Shown here piece by piece: positions 1 through 10,016 of a stretch of DNA of 64,000 nucleotides. Position numbers and translations under genes: made by a program. Numbering within the stretch: the first letter of the stretch is position 1; every line of letters starts with the position of its first letter. A model generated the notes under the pieces. That model was not told the DNA's origin, ran no database searches, and worked only from the letters and a program-made list of their open reading frames with translations. The DNA is from an uncultured Rikenellaceae bacterium (GTDB taxonomy: Bacteria > Bacteroidota > Bacteroidia > Bacteroidales > VadinHA17). The stretch spans positions 383,667 through 447,666 of the forward strand of contig CAVYRA010000004.1 of NCBI GenBank assembly GCA_963770745.1. The letters are read 5' to 3'.

Positions 1-69
1 CGCCCGGGGGCTGCCGCATCATCTTTGGGCCGTCAGCGCCCCTGTCGCCTGCCACTGCAACAATTTTTG

Positions 70-77
70 TATTTTTG
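70..77 (+). promoter_or_regulatory. candidate Bacteroidota -7 promoter box (TATTTTTG = TAnnTTTG) for rbfA
   Basis: Exact TAnnTTTG match 19 nt upstream of ATG 96. The same geometry recurs at nine other gene starts in this window. Confidence 0.35.
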
Positions 78-95
78 CCGGGTAAATCACCCATC

Positions 96-434
96 ATGGA
101 ATCAACACGGCAGAAGAAAGTTGCACGACTGGTGCAGAAGGAGCTTGCAGAGATAATAATGCATCACGGCGGCGAACTGGCACCCGGGAAGATGATCTCC
201 GTGACAACGGTTCGCGTCAGCCCCGACCTCTCGCTGGCAAAGACATATGTCAGCATCTTTCCGTCTGACGGATCTGCAACGGTCCTTGAATCATTGCGCA
301 ACACCGTGCCGCGACTGAGGTACGAGCTCGGACAGAAGGTGCGCAACCAGCTGCGGATCGTCCCGGAGATAGCCTTCTTCCTCGATGACAGCAATGACTA
401 TATTGACAAGATCACTAACCTCCTCAAGGAATAA
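96..434 (+). CDS. rbfA: ribosome-binding factor A
   Basis: ORF 75..434. MESTRQKKVARLVQKELAEII...VTTVRVSPDLSLAKTYVSIF fits the RbfA family pattern and size. Start moved to ATG 96 because the TTG at 75 overlaps the -7 box. Confidence 0.85.
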   Translation: MESTRQKKVARLVQKELAEIIMHHGGELAPGKMISVTTVRVSPDLSLAKTYVSIFPSDGSATVLESLRNTVPRLRYELGQKVRNQLRIVPEIAFFLDDSNDYIDKITNLLKE

Positions 435-439
435 GGCCG

Positions 440-1255
440 ATGCACTATGACCCTATAAAAGAGCTCCTCGGGAAGCAGTTCAACCGCCACCCGTTGTTGC
501 GGAAGCTCTTTTACCGCCTGCTTAATATCCTGCTCCTCCGTTCATGGCACGTCAGAAAGGCCCTGAAGAGGCTGGGTACAACCATCCCCTCCTCAGCCCC
601 TGTGCTGGATGCCGGGATGGGCTTCGGGCAATACACATGGTGGATGGCCTCGAGGTTCCCCGGCTGGACCATCACCGCAGCCGACATCAAGAGTGACCAG
701 GTGGCTGACTGCAATGCCTTCTTCAAAAGCTCAGGGATGGGAGACAGGGTGCATGCCGTCGAAGCCGACCTGGTAACATGGAACGGCGGAGGCAGTTATG
801 ACCTGATCCTCTGCGTTGATGTGATGGAACATATACTGGAAGACCGCAGGGTCTTCTCCTCATTCAACTCAATGATGAACCCCGGAGGATACCTTGTCAT
901 CTCCACCCCCTCCGACATGGGCGGATCGGATGTGCATTCCGATGACGACACATCTTTCATCGGGGAACATGTGCGCGACGGGTACGGCAGCGAAGATATC
1001 ACGGAGAAGCTTACCACGGCAGGATTCGCAGAGGTGTCGGTATCTTACACCTACGGCACGCCCGGCAGCATCGCATGGCGGCTCTCAATGAAATATCCAG
1101 TCATAATGCTTTCAGCCTCAAAGCTATTCTTCATTCTCCTTCCTTTGTGGTATCTTGTCGTCATGCCCTTCGTCCTGGTGCTGAATTTTATCGATCTGCA
1201 TGCCAGGCATGAAAGGGGAACCGGATTGCTTGTCATAGCACGAAACGGAAGATGA
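440..1255 (+). CDS. class I SAM-dependent methyltransferase with hydrophobic C-terminal tail
   Basis: ORF. VLDAGMGFGQY (GxGxG motif I) and YDLILCVDVMEHI (post-I/II region). The last ~60 aa are strongly hydrophobic (LFFILLPLWYLVVMPFVLVL). Confidence 0.7.
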   Translation: MHYDPIKELLGKQFNRHPLLRKLFYRLLNILLLRSWHVRKALKRLGTTIPSSAPVLDAGMGFGQYTWWMASRFPGWTITAADIKSDQVADCNAFFKSSGMGDRVHAVEADLVTWNGGGSYDLILCVDVMEHILEDRRVFSSFNSMMNPGGYLVISTPSDMGGSDVHSDDDTSFIGEHVRDGYGSEDITEKLTTAGFAEVSVSYTYGTPGSIAWRLSMKYPVIMLSASKLFFILLPLWYLVVMPFVLVLNFIDLHARHERGTGLLVIARNGR

Positions 1256-2487
1256 AGCTCTCGCTTTACATAGCAAAAAGATACCTGTTCGCGAAGAAAT
1301 CGCGCAACGCCATCAATGTCATCTCATCCATCTCCGTGGCAGGTGTGGCGGTGGTCACCATGGCGCTGATAACCATCCTGTCAGTATTCAACGGCCTGGA
1401 GGAGATGGTGAAGAGCATCTTCAGCACATCAGACCCGGAGATAAAGATCTCGCCGGTGATGGGAAAAGTGTTCACCCCTGACACCCTGGTACTTCATCAG
1501 CTTTCAGCCATAGAAGGCGTTAATGTTTACGCCGAGGTCCTTGAGGAGAATGCCCTTCTGAGGTATGATGAACAGCAGTTCATAGCCACCGTCAAGGGGG
1601 TCTCGCTCAACTACACTGACGTCACCGATCTTGACACCGCCATGTGGGACGGCGAATTTATGCTGCAGGCGGAGAACGGAAGGCCATATGCCGTTGTCGG
1701 GCTTGGCGTGGCAAACCATCTGGGAATGAGACTTAACTTCATCTCTCCCCTGGCAATCTATATCCCTGACCGCAAAGCCAGGATAAGGGCCAATCCGGGT
1801 AATGAATTCACCAGGAAATATATCTATCTCTCCGGGATCTTTGCGGTGGAACAGGAGTTTGATTCCAAATATGTCTTCCTCCCTCTTGATTTCACCAGGG
1901 AATTGCTTGACTATACCACTGAGGTCAGCTCCATTGAAGTAAGGATGAAGAGCGGAGCGGATGAACGCAGGACACAGAAAGCCATCAGGGAGCTTATGGG
2001 TGACCGGTTCCTGGTGCAGAACAGGTATGAACAGCAGGAAATGTTCTACAAGGTGATGAAGGCGGAGAGGCTTGCCATCTTTGTCATCCTGACCTTTATC
2101 CTGGTAATTGCCTCGTTCAATATTATCGGATCGCTCACCATGCTCATAATAGAAAAGGAGAGGGACATCAATATCCTGAAGAGCCTGGGTGCTGACAACA
2201 GGCTTATTAAACGTATCTTCATCTATGAGGGATGGATGATCTCCATCATCGGCACCGTCCTCGGTCTGCTCCTGGGCTTCATGCTCTGCGCAGCCCAGGA
2301 GCACTTCGGCATTGTGAGGCTGGCCGGCGAATCACTGCTCATTGACGCCTATCCCGTCAGGATGCAGTTTATTGACTTTGTCACGGTGGCAGCCACGGTG
2401 GCAGCCATCGGCTACGGTGCGGCATGGTACCCGGTCCACTATCTCTCGCGAAAATATCTGAGGGAGAACAACAGAGAAAAGCAATGA
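1252..2487 (+). CDS. LolC/LolE-like FtsX-family ABC transporter permease
   Basis: ORF. N-terminus MKLSLYIAKRYLFAKKSRNAINVISSISVAGVAV and a C-terminal FtsX-type TM bundle (LAIFVILTFILVIASFNIIGSL...). ATG overlaps the upstream stop (ATGA). Confidence 0.8.
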   Translation: MKLSLYIAKRYLFAKKSRNAINVISSISVAGVAVVTMALITILSVFNGLEEMVKSIFSTSDPEIKISPVMGKVFTPDTLVLHQLSAIEGVNVYAEVLEENALLRYDEQQFIATVKGVSLNYTDVTDLDTAMWDGEFMLQAENGRPYAVVGLGVANHLGMRLNFISPLAIYIPDRKARIRANPGNEFTRKYIYLSGIFAVEQEFDSKYVFLPLDFTRELLDYTTEVSSIEVRMKSGADERRTQKAIRELMGDRFLVQNRYEQQEMFYKVMKAERLAIFVILTFILVIASFNIIGSLTMLIIEKERDINILKSLGADNRLIKRIFIYEGWMISIIGTVLGLLLGFMLCAAQEHFGIVRLAGESLLIDAYPVRMQFIDFVTVAATVAAIGYGAAWYPVHYLSRKYLRENNREKQ

Positions 2488-3269
2488 GCACAAGGAGATT
2501 GATATACGTCGTCACCCTGGCACTGGCACTGGCATCATGCGGCAATCAGGGCGATAATAAACCCGGCAGTAAAATGCTCATTCCCGATGATAAGCTGGTG
2601 GCTATTCTTACCGACACCTACCTCACCACAGGCATGATGGACCTCCCCTACATGAGGGAGACCTACGCTCAGCGCGACTCCATCCTGAACTACACCGATG
2701 TCATCAGCAGCCACGGTTACACCCTCGCGCAGCTGAATGCAACCATGAGGTACTATTTTACCGATAAGCCAAAGAAACTGGCAAGGATATATGACAAGGT
2801 CACCGGCAACCTGCTGGAGATGGAGACCATGATAATGATCGAGCAGGGGGCTGCCGAAATCGCAGCAGTTGAGAATCTGTGGATGGGAAAGGCAAGCTAC
2901 CGCTTCCCTGAGGACTTCACCCGTGATCCGATATGGTTTGATATGCCGGCAGTGAAGAAAGGTGTATATGTTCTGTCAGCAGATATCCGTCTCTTCGAAG
3001 ATGATAAAAGCCGAAACCCTCGAGTGACGGTCTACTTCAGCTATACTGACAGCGCCGGGATCGAAATACGGGATTACTGGGAGGAGTTTGCCCTGAACAA
3101 GGACGGAGAGTTTCAGAATGTGACACTGAGTCATGAGCTTGACACCATCAGGGGCACACGCCTCAGGGGCTGGCTCCTGAACCACGACAATCAGCCGGGG
3201 CAATGGGAAAAACATGCCCGTATAGCAAACATCAGCCTGCGGGTTGACACGGTCATATTGCAAAAGTGA
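2484..3269 (+). CDS. lipoprotein, DUF4296-like N-terminal region
   Basis: ORF 2424..3269. Internal ATG 2484 overlaps the lolE-like stop (ATGA) and gives MSTRRLIYVVTLALALASCG with a lipobox (LASC). IPDDKLVAILTDTYL resembles DUF4296 proteins that follow lolE-like genes in Bacteroidota. Confidence 0.5.
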   Translation: MSTRRLIYVVTLALALASCGNQGDNKPGSKMLIPDDKLVAILTDTYLTTGMMDLPYMRETYAQRDSILNYTDVISSHGYTLAQLNATMRYYFTDKPKKLARIYDKVTGNLLEMETMIMIEQGAAEIAAVENLWMGKASYRFPEDFTRDPIWFDMPAVKKGVYVLSADIRLFEDDKSRNPRVTVYFSYTDSAGIEIRDYWEEFALNKDGEFQNVTLSHELDTIRGTRLRGWLLNHDNQPGQWEKHARIANISLRVDTVILQK

Positions 3270-3271
3270 CA

Positions 3272-4418
3272 ATGAGAAGGATCTCGGCTCAATATGTCTT
3301 CACTTCGGCCGGTAAACCCCTCAGGAGAGCTGTTGTTACTGTTTCCGGCGACGGAGCCATTGTTGAAGTTGAAGACACCGGAGGTGAACTGAAGGAGAGC
3401 TCCGGAACAGAATTCTACAACGGCATCCTGATGCCCGGGCTGATCAACTGTCACTCGCACCTCGAGCTCTCGCACATGCGAAATGCCATTCCGCGGGGAG
3501 AAGGACTTGCCTCGTTTATTTCCCGTATGCGTGAGCGGCGCGGGGACGGACGCGGGGACGGGAGCGGGAGCGGGAGCCGGGCCCGGGACCACTCACGGGG
3601 AGGTTGAAGCAGCAGCGCACAGGGCCGACAGGGAGATGCGTGACGGAGGGGTTGTGGCATGCGGCGACATAAGCAATGAGTCCGTTTCATTTGATGTTAA
3701 GAGCAGGAGCTCTATACGCTACCTTACCTTTGTCGAAGTCTTTGGCACGGATACCCTCCAGGCCGATGCCCGCATGAAAGGTGCGCTGACGGTGGCTGGG
3801 GCTGCCGTGGAATCAGGGCTGCCGGCATACATTACCCCCCATGCCGTCTATTCACTGTCGGATCGTCTCTCCACCCTGGTACGTGAACAAATCACTCCCG
3901 GATCAGTCATATCACTTCACTTCCTCGAGTCGGACGATGAGCGTAAGATGTCGTCTGATCATGTTGAGACAGCACTTGAGCTTTCCCATCTTGCCTCCCG
4001 TCTCATCCTCGTGCACAACACCGTGATCACGAGGCCGGAGGCTGAGAGGCTGGCCCGCGAAGAAAACACATGGTTCTGTCTCTGTCCGTCATCGAACTTG
4101 CACATAACGGGCGCAATGCCTCCGGTGACGCTTCTCCGCGAGGTCACTGACCGTATCATTGCCGGTACCGACAGCCTCGCTTCCAATGACCGCCTTGACA
4201 TGCTGGCCGAGCTGAGGCTGCTGCATGAAGCAGCACCCGGCATACCCCTCGATGAGATCATCAGGTGGGGGACCATCAACGGCGCCAGGGCACTGAAGAT
4301 GTCAGACACTCTCGGATCAATTGAACCGGGGAAAAAGCCAGGTCTCCTGCTCATTGAAAATGCTGACCTGGTCAACCTGCGTCTGCTGCCCGGAAGCCGG
4401 GTGCGCAGATTATTGTAA
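3272..4418 (+). pseudogene. amidohydrolase-family gene read in two frames (one frame break inside a GC-rich simple repeat)
   Basis: ORFs 3266..3607 and 3483..4418 concatenate to one amidohydrolase. N part: GILMPGLINCHSHLELSHM (HxH metal site). C part: VVACGDISN...ITPHAVYS...LILVHNTV...IAGTDSLASN. The frames switch within 3535-3588. Confidence 0.65.
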
Positions 4419-4444
4419 ATTTGAAGCCTTAATCCCGGACATCA

Positions 4445-5227
4445 ATGCCTACATTCCTCTTTGACAGCATAGTTTTCGGACCGGTACGCAGCCGCAGGCT
4501 TGGAGTGTCGCTTGGTATCAACCTCCTGCCCGTCAGCCGCAAGGTATGCTCCTTCAACTGCATCTACTGTGAATGCGGATGGACCTCCGCAGGCAGCGCC
4601 GGATCAGCATCCTTGCCCTCCCGGTCAGCCGTGTATGAGGCCCTGAGAATCAAGCTGTCAGAGATGAAACAGCAGAACAAGGCTCCCGATGTCATAACCT
4701 ACGCCGGCAACGGAGAGCCTACACTGCACCCTGATTTTTCTTCAATCATCGATGACTCCGTCGCCCTGCGCAATGAATTTTTCCCTGAAGCAAAGGTGTC
4801 AGTGCTCTCCAACGGATCTACGCTTCACCGCAGGAGCGTGCGCGAGGCCCTGAAGAGGGTCGACATGAATATCCTGAAGCTCGATTCTGCCCTTTCCGAT
4901 ACTGTAGCGAGACTCAACCAGCCACGAGGCAAGGTCTCCCTTGCACGGTTTGAAAAATATGTAAAGGATTTTGAAGGGAAGTTCATCATTCAGACCCTCT
5001 TTGTAAGAGGTGAATGCAATGGGCAGCCCGTTGATAACACCACTCCGGAAGAGCTGGATGCCTGGCTTGAGGCCGTCAGCCGTCTCCGGCCTCAGTCAGT
5101 CATGATCTATACCATCGCCCGCGATACACCCCTGGGTAACAACCTGAGGAAGGTGCCCGGGTCAGAGCTTAATGCTATTGCAGCCAGGGTGCAGGCACTG
5201 GGGATCGGTACATCCGTTTCAGGATAA
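4445..5227 (+). CDS. radical SAM protein
   Basis: ORF. FGPVRSRRLGVSLGINLLP...CSFNCIYCECGW carries the CxxxCxxC 4Fe-4S motif near the N-terminus. Confidence 0.8.
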   Translation: MPTFLFDSIVFGPVRSRRLGVSLGINLLPVSRKVCSFNCIYCECGWTSAGSAGSASLPSRSAVYEALRIKLSEMKQQNKAPDVITYAGNGEPTLHPDFSSIIDDSVALRNEFFPEAKVSVLSNGSTLHRRSVREALKRVDMNILKLDSALSDTVARLNQPRGKVSLARFEKYVKDFEGKFIIQTLFVRGECNGQPVDNTTPEELDAWLEAVSRLRPQSVMIYTIARDTPLGNNLRKVPGSELNAIAARVQALGIGTSVSG

Positions 5228-5232
5228 CCGTC

Positions 5233-6342
5233 ATGAGCGGCACGACGATACTCATCAGCCCCCTGAACTGGGGCTTCGGTCATGCCGGGCGGATGATACC
5301 CCTTGCCCTGGAACTGAAAAAGAGAGGCAGCGATGTTGTCTTCGGGGCAGATGCACATATCCTGCCGCTGATAGAACAGGAGCTGCCAGGAATCAGGCTG
5401 ATTGAAATACCCGGAATGCACATCAGGTATTCCCGGTTCCTCCCGCAGTATCTCTGCATCTTCCTGCAGCTGCCTGTGGTGGTTATATCTTCCATTCGTG
5501 AGCACTTCGCTCTCAGAACGATTGTGAGAGAAATTAAGCCCTCAGTCATCATATCCGATAACCGTTTCGGTCTTTTTCATCCCCGCATCTTTTCAGTCTA
5601 TGTCACACACCAGCTGCGCATCCCTTTCCCGCATTCACTGCGGTTCATGGAGCCTTTTACCGCGTGGCTCCACCGGAAGGTCATCAACAGGTACGACCTC
5701 TGCCTGGTGCCTGACTACCCGGGACCGGTGAACCTCTCGGGAAGGCTTTCTCACGGACTGAAGCATCCGGGGAATGTTCACTATATGGGACCCCTCTCGA
5801 GGTTCAGAACGGTTGCACCGGCAGGTGCTGCAATCACCCCGCGCCATCCATACTGCTGCCTTATCCTCTCAGGCCCGGAGCCGCAGCTTACCATGCTTCT
5901 TGAGAAAGTGGCCGCGGCGCTCCACGGCATTCAGCTCTGCGTGCTGAGCGCTGCCCCGGTGAAGATGATTCCCGGTAACGATCCGCTCCTGACCTTCATA
6001 ATCAAGCCTGGTTCCGGCACCATGCGGCAGCTTATTGAAGACAGCTCGCTGGTCATCACCAGGGCAGGATACACCTCCGTCATGGAACTGGCATCACTGG
6101 GGAAGGGCGCGGTGCTGATACCCACCCCCGGGCAACCGGAGCAGGAATACCTTGGTGATTGGCTCAACGGGCATCACGGTCTCATAACGGTTAAGCAGCA
6201 AAATATCGGGAGCCTTCGTGCTCTGGTTGAGAGGTTTATGGAAGGTACTGTACTGACTGAAATACCTTCCCCGCAGTTGTCTGACGGAACCGGTCTTTTT
6301 GAGCAGGCAATAAGTCTTCTACTTGAGCAGAAAAAACAGTGA
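5233..6342 (+). CDS. glycosyltransferase (MurG-like GT-B fold)
   Basis: ORF. N-terminal ILISPLNWGFGHAGRMIPLALELKKRG (G-rich loop of MurG/UGT-like GT-B enzymes). C-terminal ITRAGYTSVMELASLGKGAVLIPTPGQPEQ. Confidence 0.6.
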   Translation: MSGTTILISPLNWGFGHAGRMIPLALELKKRGSDVVFGADAHILPLIEQELPGIRLIEIPGMHIRYSRFLPQYLCIFLQLPVVVISSIREHFALRTIVREIKPSVIISDNRFGLFHPRIFSVYVTHQLRIPFPHSLRFMEPFTAWLHRKVINRYDLCLVPDYPGPVNLSGRLSHGLKHPGNVHYMGPLSRFRTVAPAGAAITPRHPYCCLILSGPEPQLTMLLEKVAAALHGIQLCVLSAAPVKMIPGNDPLLTFIIKPGSGTMRQLIEDSSLVITRAGYTSVMELASLGKGAVLIPTPGQPEQEYLGDWLNGHHGLITVKQQNIGSLRALVERFMEGTVLTEIPSPQLSDGTGLFEQAISLLLEQKKQ

Positions 6343-6954
6343 CAGCGCCATCACCGCTGCCCCGGCCAGCATTCCTGTCCACACCTCTGACGGGGAGTGG
6401 TCACCCAGCCAGATCCTTGATGACAAAACTGCACCGCCAACCAAAACCACTGTGGTCAGCTGCCACACCGTATTTATATCATAGAACACAACCATGAATA
6501 TTATAAGTACCAGCAGTCCTCCAATGCCGGCAGCATGCAGTGACAGCCTGTAAAAGGTGGTGATCAGAAGGGTGATGAGAGTGACAACGGTTATTGAAAT
6601 GAAGTAGGCCCTGAAAAGGTTCGGCACCTGCATCCTGAGAAGAAGCCAGGCGGTGAGGGTATACATCACCAGCGCGAAGGTCAGCAGCATGACCCTCTCA
6701 TTGCGGTCACGCACATTGAATGTGGTGATAGCTCCCCTGACCCGGAGGACAGCTGTCAGACCCAGGGGGAGGAGGACGTTGTTGGTCAGCACCATCAAAA
6801 AAATCAGCATCTTCAGCCTCGACGGAATGAAGGAGAGCAGGGTGGGAGAGCTGTATATGATCAGCAACCCGTACAGCGGGATGAACAGCGGATGAAATAT
6901 CACGGAAAGTACCTCTGCCGTTTTCGTCTGCCAGCCCTTTTCTGCCCTGGTCAT
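6319..6954 (-). CDS. polytopic membrane protein, divergent PAP2-like
   Basis: ORF with ~6 hydrophobic segments. SSRIWLGDHSPSE resembles the PAP2 motif SRx5Hx3(D/E), and SLHAAG resembles the SGH motif. Start overlaps the rpoN stop by 4 nt. Confidence 0.4.
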   Translation of the reverse strand: MTRAEKGWQTKTAEVLSVIFHPLFIPLYGLLIIYSSPTLLSFIPSRLKMLIFLMVLTNNVLLPLGLTAVLRVRGAITTFNVRDRNERVMLLTFALVMYTLTAWLLLRMQVPNLFRAYFISITVVTLITLLITTFYRLSLHAAGIGGLLVLIIFMVVFYDINTVWQLTTVVLVGGAVLSSRIWLGDHSPSEVWTGMLAGAAVMALSLFFLLK

Positions 6955-8411
6955 TTTATCTCCTTCCTCATCCTGGCAACAGGAATATTCAGTTGTTCAC
7001 GGTATTTTGCCACCGTACGTCGTGCTATCTGGTAACCTTTTTCCTGGAGTATCTCGGTCAGCTTCTCGTCGGTCAGCGGCCGGCGCTTATCCTCGTTGCT
7101 GAGACACTCCCGTAGTATCCTCTTTATCTCCCGTGTCGAGACCTCGTCACCGGAATCGGTCTGCATGCCCTCGGAGAAAAAGAACTTCAGGGGATAGATG
7201 CCGAAGTGCGTCTGTATATACTTGCTGTTGGCCACGCGCGATATGGTGGAGATGTCTAACCCCGTCATCTCTGCCACATCCTTGAGGATCATAGGCCTGA
7301 GCCTGGTGTCATCACCCTCCAGGAAGTACTCTTTCTGATATTCCAGGATGGCATTCATGGTCAGCAGGAGGGTGTTCTGGCGCTGCCTGATGGCATCAAT
7401 GAACCATTTCGCGGAATCAAGCTTCTGCTTCACGAACATGATTGCGTCACGGTTCTGCTTGCCCGCCGCCTTGTCACGGCTGTATGACTCGAGCATCTCG
7501 CTGTAACCCCGGCTGATCTTCAGCTCCGGTATGTTGCGGTTGTTCAGGCTCAGCTCGAGCCCGATGTCTGACTGCTCAAGGATAAAATCGGGTATGATGT
7601 GCTGTGCCGACTTACTGTAGGGGTCGCTGACGGTGCCGCCCGGCTTGGGATTCAGCTTCAGTACCTCGTCAACAATACCCTTCATATCCTCTTCGCTGAT
7701 CATCATCTTTGACATTATCTTTTCGTAGTGCCTCCTCGAAAACTCTTCAAAGTAATCACTAATGACGGTTTTAGCCAGGCTCACATTGCGCACCGACTGA
7801 TCCTTTCTCTCCAGCTGCAGCAGCAGGCACTCGCGGAGATCGCGGGCTCCCACGCCGGCCGGATCAAGGTCCTGTATGATTTTCAGGATTGCGTTCAGCT
7901 CATCCGCATCCGTGGTTATGTTCTGCAGAAAGGCCAGGTCATCAACCATGTTCTCCACTTCGCGGCGGAGATAACCGTCATCATCTATGTTGCCAATGAT
8001 GTATTCACCCAGGATATCCTCCCTCTCGGTGTCTGATCTGAGGTTGAACTGGACGGTCAGGTTCTCATGGAATGATGATCCCGAGGCATAGGGTATCTCA
8101 TCCCTTCTGTCCTCATCTTTGGATGTGTTGTTTACCTGGAGGCGGTAGTCGGGGATATCCTCATCATTGAGGTAATCATCAAGTGCAAATTCCTCCTGGT
8201 CGCGCTCCTCCTGTTCAAAGTCGACCTCCTCCTCTTCCTCTCCCTGAACATCATCCTCATCAGGACCCTCCTCCAGGGCAGGGTTCTCCTCCAGCTCCTT
8301 CTTGATGCGCTGCTCAAGCTGCATGGCAGGCACCTCCAGCAGCTTGATCATCTGGATCTGCTGCGGGGAAAGCTTCTGGAGCAGTTTCTGCTGTAGTTTC
8401 TGGTCGAGCAT
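6951..8411 (-). CDS. rpoN: RNA polymerase sigma-54 factor
   Basis: ORF. MLDQKLQQKLLQKLSPQQIQMIKLLEVPAMQLEQRIKKELEENPALEE, an acidic region, and the C-terminal RpoN box ARRTVAKYREQLNIP. Confidence 0.95.
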   Translation of the reverse strand: MLDQKLQQKLLQKLSPQQIQMIKLLEVPAMQLEQRIKKELEENPALEEGPDEDDVQGEEEEEVDFEQEERDQEEFALDDYLNDEDIPDYRLQVNNTSKDEDRRDEIPYASGSSFHENLTVQFNLRSDTEREDILGEYIIGNIDDDGYLRREVENMVDDLAFLQNITTDADELNAILKIIQDLDPAGVGARDLRECLLLQLERKDQSVRNVSLAKTVISDYFEEFSRRHYEKIMSKMMISEEDMKGIVDEVLKLNPKPGGTVSDPYSKSAQHIIPDFILEQSDIGLELSLNNRNIPELKISRGYSEMLESYSRDKAAGKQNRDAIMFVKQKLDSAKWFIDAIRQRQNTLLLTMNAILEYQKEYFLEGDDTRLRPMILKDVAEMTGLDISTISRVANSKYIQTHFGIYPLKFFFSEGMQTDSGDEVSTREIKRILRECLSNEDKRRPLTDEKLTEILQEKGYQIARRTVAKYREQLNIPVARMRKEIK

Positions 8412-8430
8412 ACCGCCTGCCGTTCAGTGG

Positions 8431-9821
8431 TTAAAACTCCGCATTCCGCGGTGTGCGCGGGAACGGGATCACATCACGTATGTTCGACATCCCGGTCATG
8501 AAGAGAATGAGCCTCTCAAAGCCGAGGCCGAATCCAGAGTGAGGTGCCGTGCCGAACCTCCTGGTGTCAAGGTACCACCAGAGATCCTTCACGGGCAGGT
8601 TGAGCTCCTCAATCCTGGCTGTCAGCTTATCCAGCTCCTCCTCCCTCTGTGAACCGCCTATGATCTCACCAATTCCAGGGAACAGCACATCCATGGCCCT
8701 GACAGTCAGACCATCATCGTTCTGCTTCATGTAGAAGGCCTTGATGGTTTTGGGGTAGTCGGTGAGTATAACAGGACGTTTGAAGTGAGTCTCAACAAGA
8801 TAACGCTCGTGCTCTGCCTGGAGGTCGCGCCCCCAGCCAACAGCATACTCCCACTTGCGGTCTGCAGCCTCGAGGATCTTTATCGCCTCCGTGTAAGGCA
8901 GCCTGACGAAATCGTTGGTGAGGACGAACTCCAGCCTCTCAATGAGGCCGGTGTCAATCATCTTGTTCAGGAACTCAAGATCCTCACGGCAGTTGTCAAG
9001 AGCATATTTTATAAGATACTTGAGGAAATCCTCGGCCAGGTCCATGTTGTCATTCAGGTCCCAGAAAGCCATCTCCGGCTCAATCATCCAGAACTCCGCA
9101 AGGTGACGCGGTGTGTTTGAGTTCTCGGCACGGAAGGTGGGACCGAAGGTATATATCTCTCCCAGCGCCAGGGCACCGAGCTCTCCCTCGAGCTGACCGC
9201 TGACGGTCAGGTTGGTAGGCTTGCCGAAGAAATCGGCTTCATAATCGACTGGCACCATCCTTTGTGCGGGGCGGATCATTCAGGTCGAAGGTGGTGACGT
9301 GGAACATCTCACCCGCCCCCTCGGCGTCGCTGCCGGTGATGATGGGAGTATGCAGGTAAAAGAAACCCCTGTCATTGTAATACTTGTGTATGGCGAAAGA
9401 CATGGCATGCCTTATGCGCATCACCGCGCCGAAGGTGTTGGTACGGAAACGCAGATGAGCTATCTCCCTCAGGAACTCCATCGAGTGTCCCTTCTTCTGA
9501 AGAGGATAGCTGTCAGGATCACACTTTGCCGTACAGAGTCAGCTCCGTTGCAAGTATCTCAACATTCTGTCCCTTGCCCTGCGATGGCTCCAGTGTTCCC
9601 GTCACCCCTATGCTGGCACCCGTGGTTATATCCTTCAGCAGATCGGCCGCGAAAGCGCTCAGGTCAATGACTATCTGGATGTTGTTTATGGTTGAACCGT
9701 CATTGAGTGCGACAAATGCCACATTCTTGATCTCTCTCTTTGTCCTGACCCATCCCTTTACAAGCACCTTCTCCCCGGTCGCCGGATTTACCAGCAGCTC
9801 CTTTACTCTTTTCCTCTTCAT
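8431..9821 (-). pseudogene. asnS: asparagine--tRNA ligase split over three frames (two 1-nt frame breaks, or sequence errors)
   Basis: ORFs 9519..9821, 9239..9481 and 8431..9279 concatenate to a full AsnRS: an OB-fold N-terminus, [25 protein letters not shown] and [27 protein letters not shown]. Breaks at ~9521-9527 (YGK|[17 protein letters not shown]) and ~9249 (DGA|[10 protein letters not shown]). Confidence 0.9.
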
Positions 9822-9845
9822 AAAACAATCAAACCGTTATGCTCA

Positions 9846-9853
9846 CAAAAATA
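9846..9853 (-). promoter_or_regulatory. candidate -7 promoter box (TATTTTTG) for asnS-rpoN operon
   Basis: Exact TAnnTTTG on the minus strand, 25 nt upstream of ATG 9821. Confidence 0.35.
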
Positions 9854-10016
9854 GCATTTTGTTCCTCTTGCCGTAACGGACATGTAACAAATGGCATTGT
9901 TTTTGTGCACAAAAGCAATTTTTCATCTGGTGGCAGCGTTTCCCATAGGAGGATTAGGTTTTTGAATTATCACCGAAAAAGGGTAAATTTACTTTCAAAC
10001 TGAAAACGCGTACATT

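Noticed and set aside
3483-4418. Treating ATG 3483 as the start of an independent 311-aa gene.
   Set aside because: Its first ~35 codons translate the simple repeat and overlap the upstream ORF. The upstream ORF supplies the HxH metal-binding N-terminus that this amidohydrolase fold requires. One gene with a frame break is the simpler reading.
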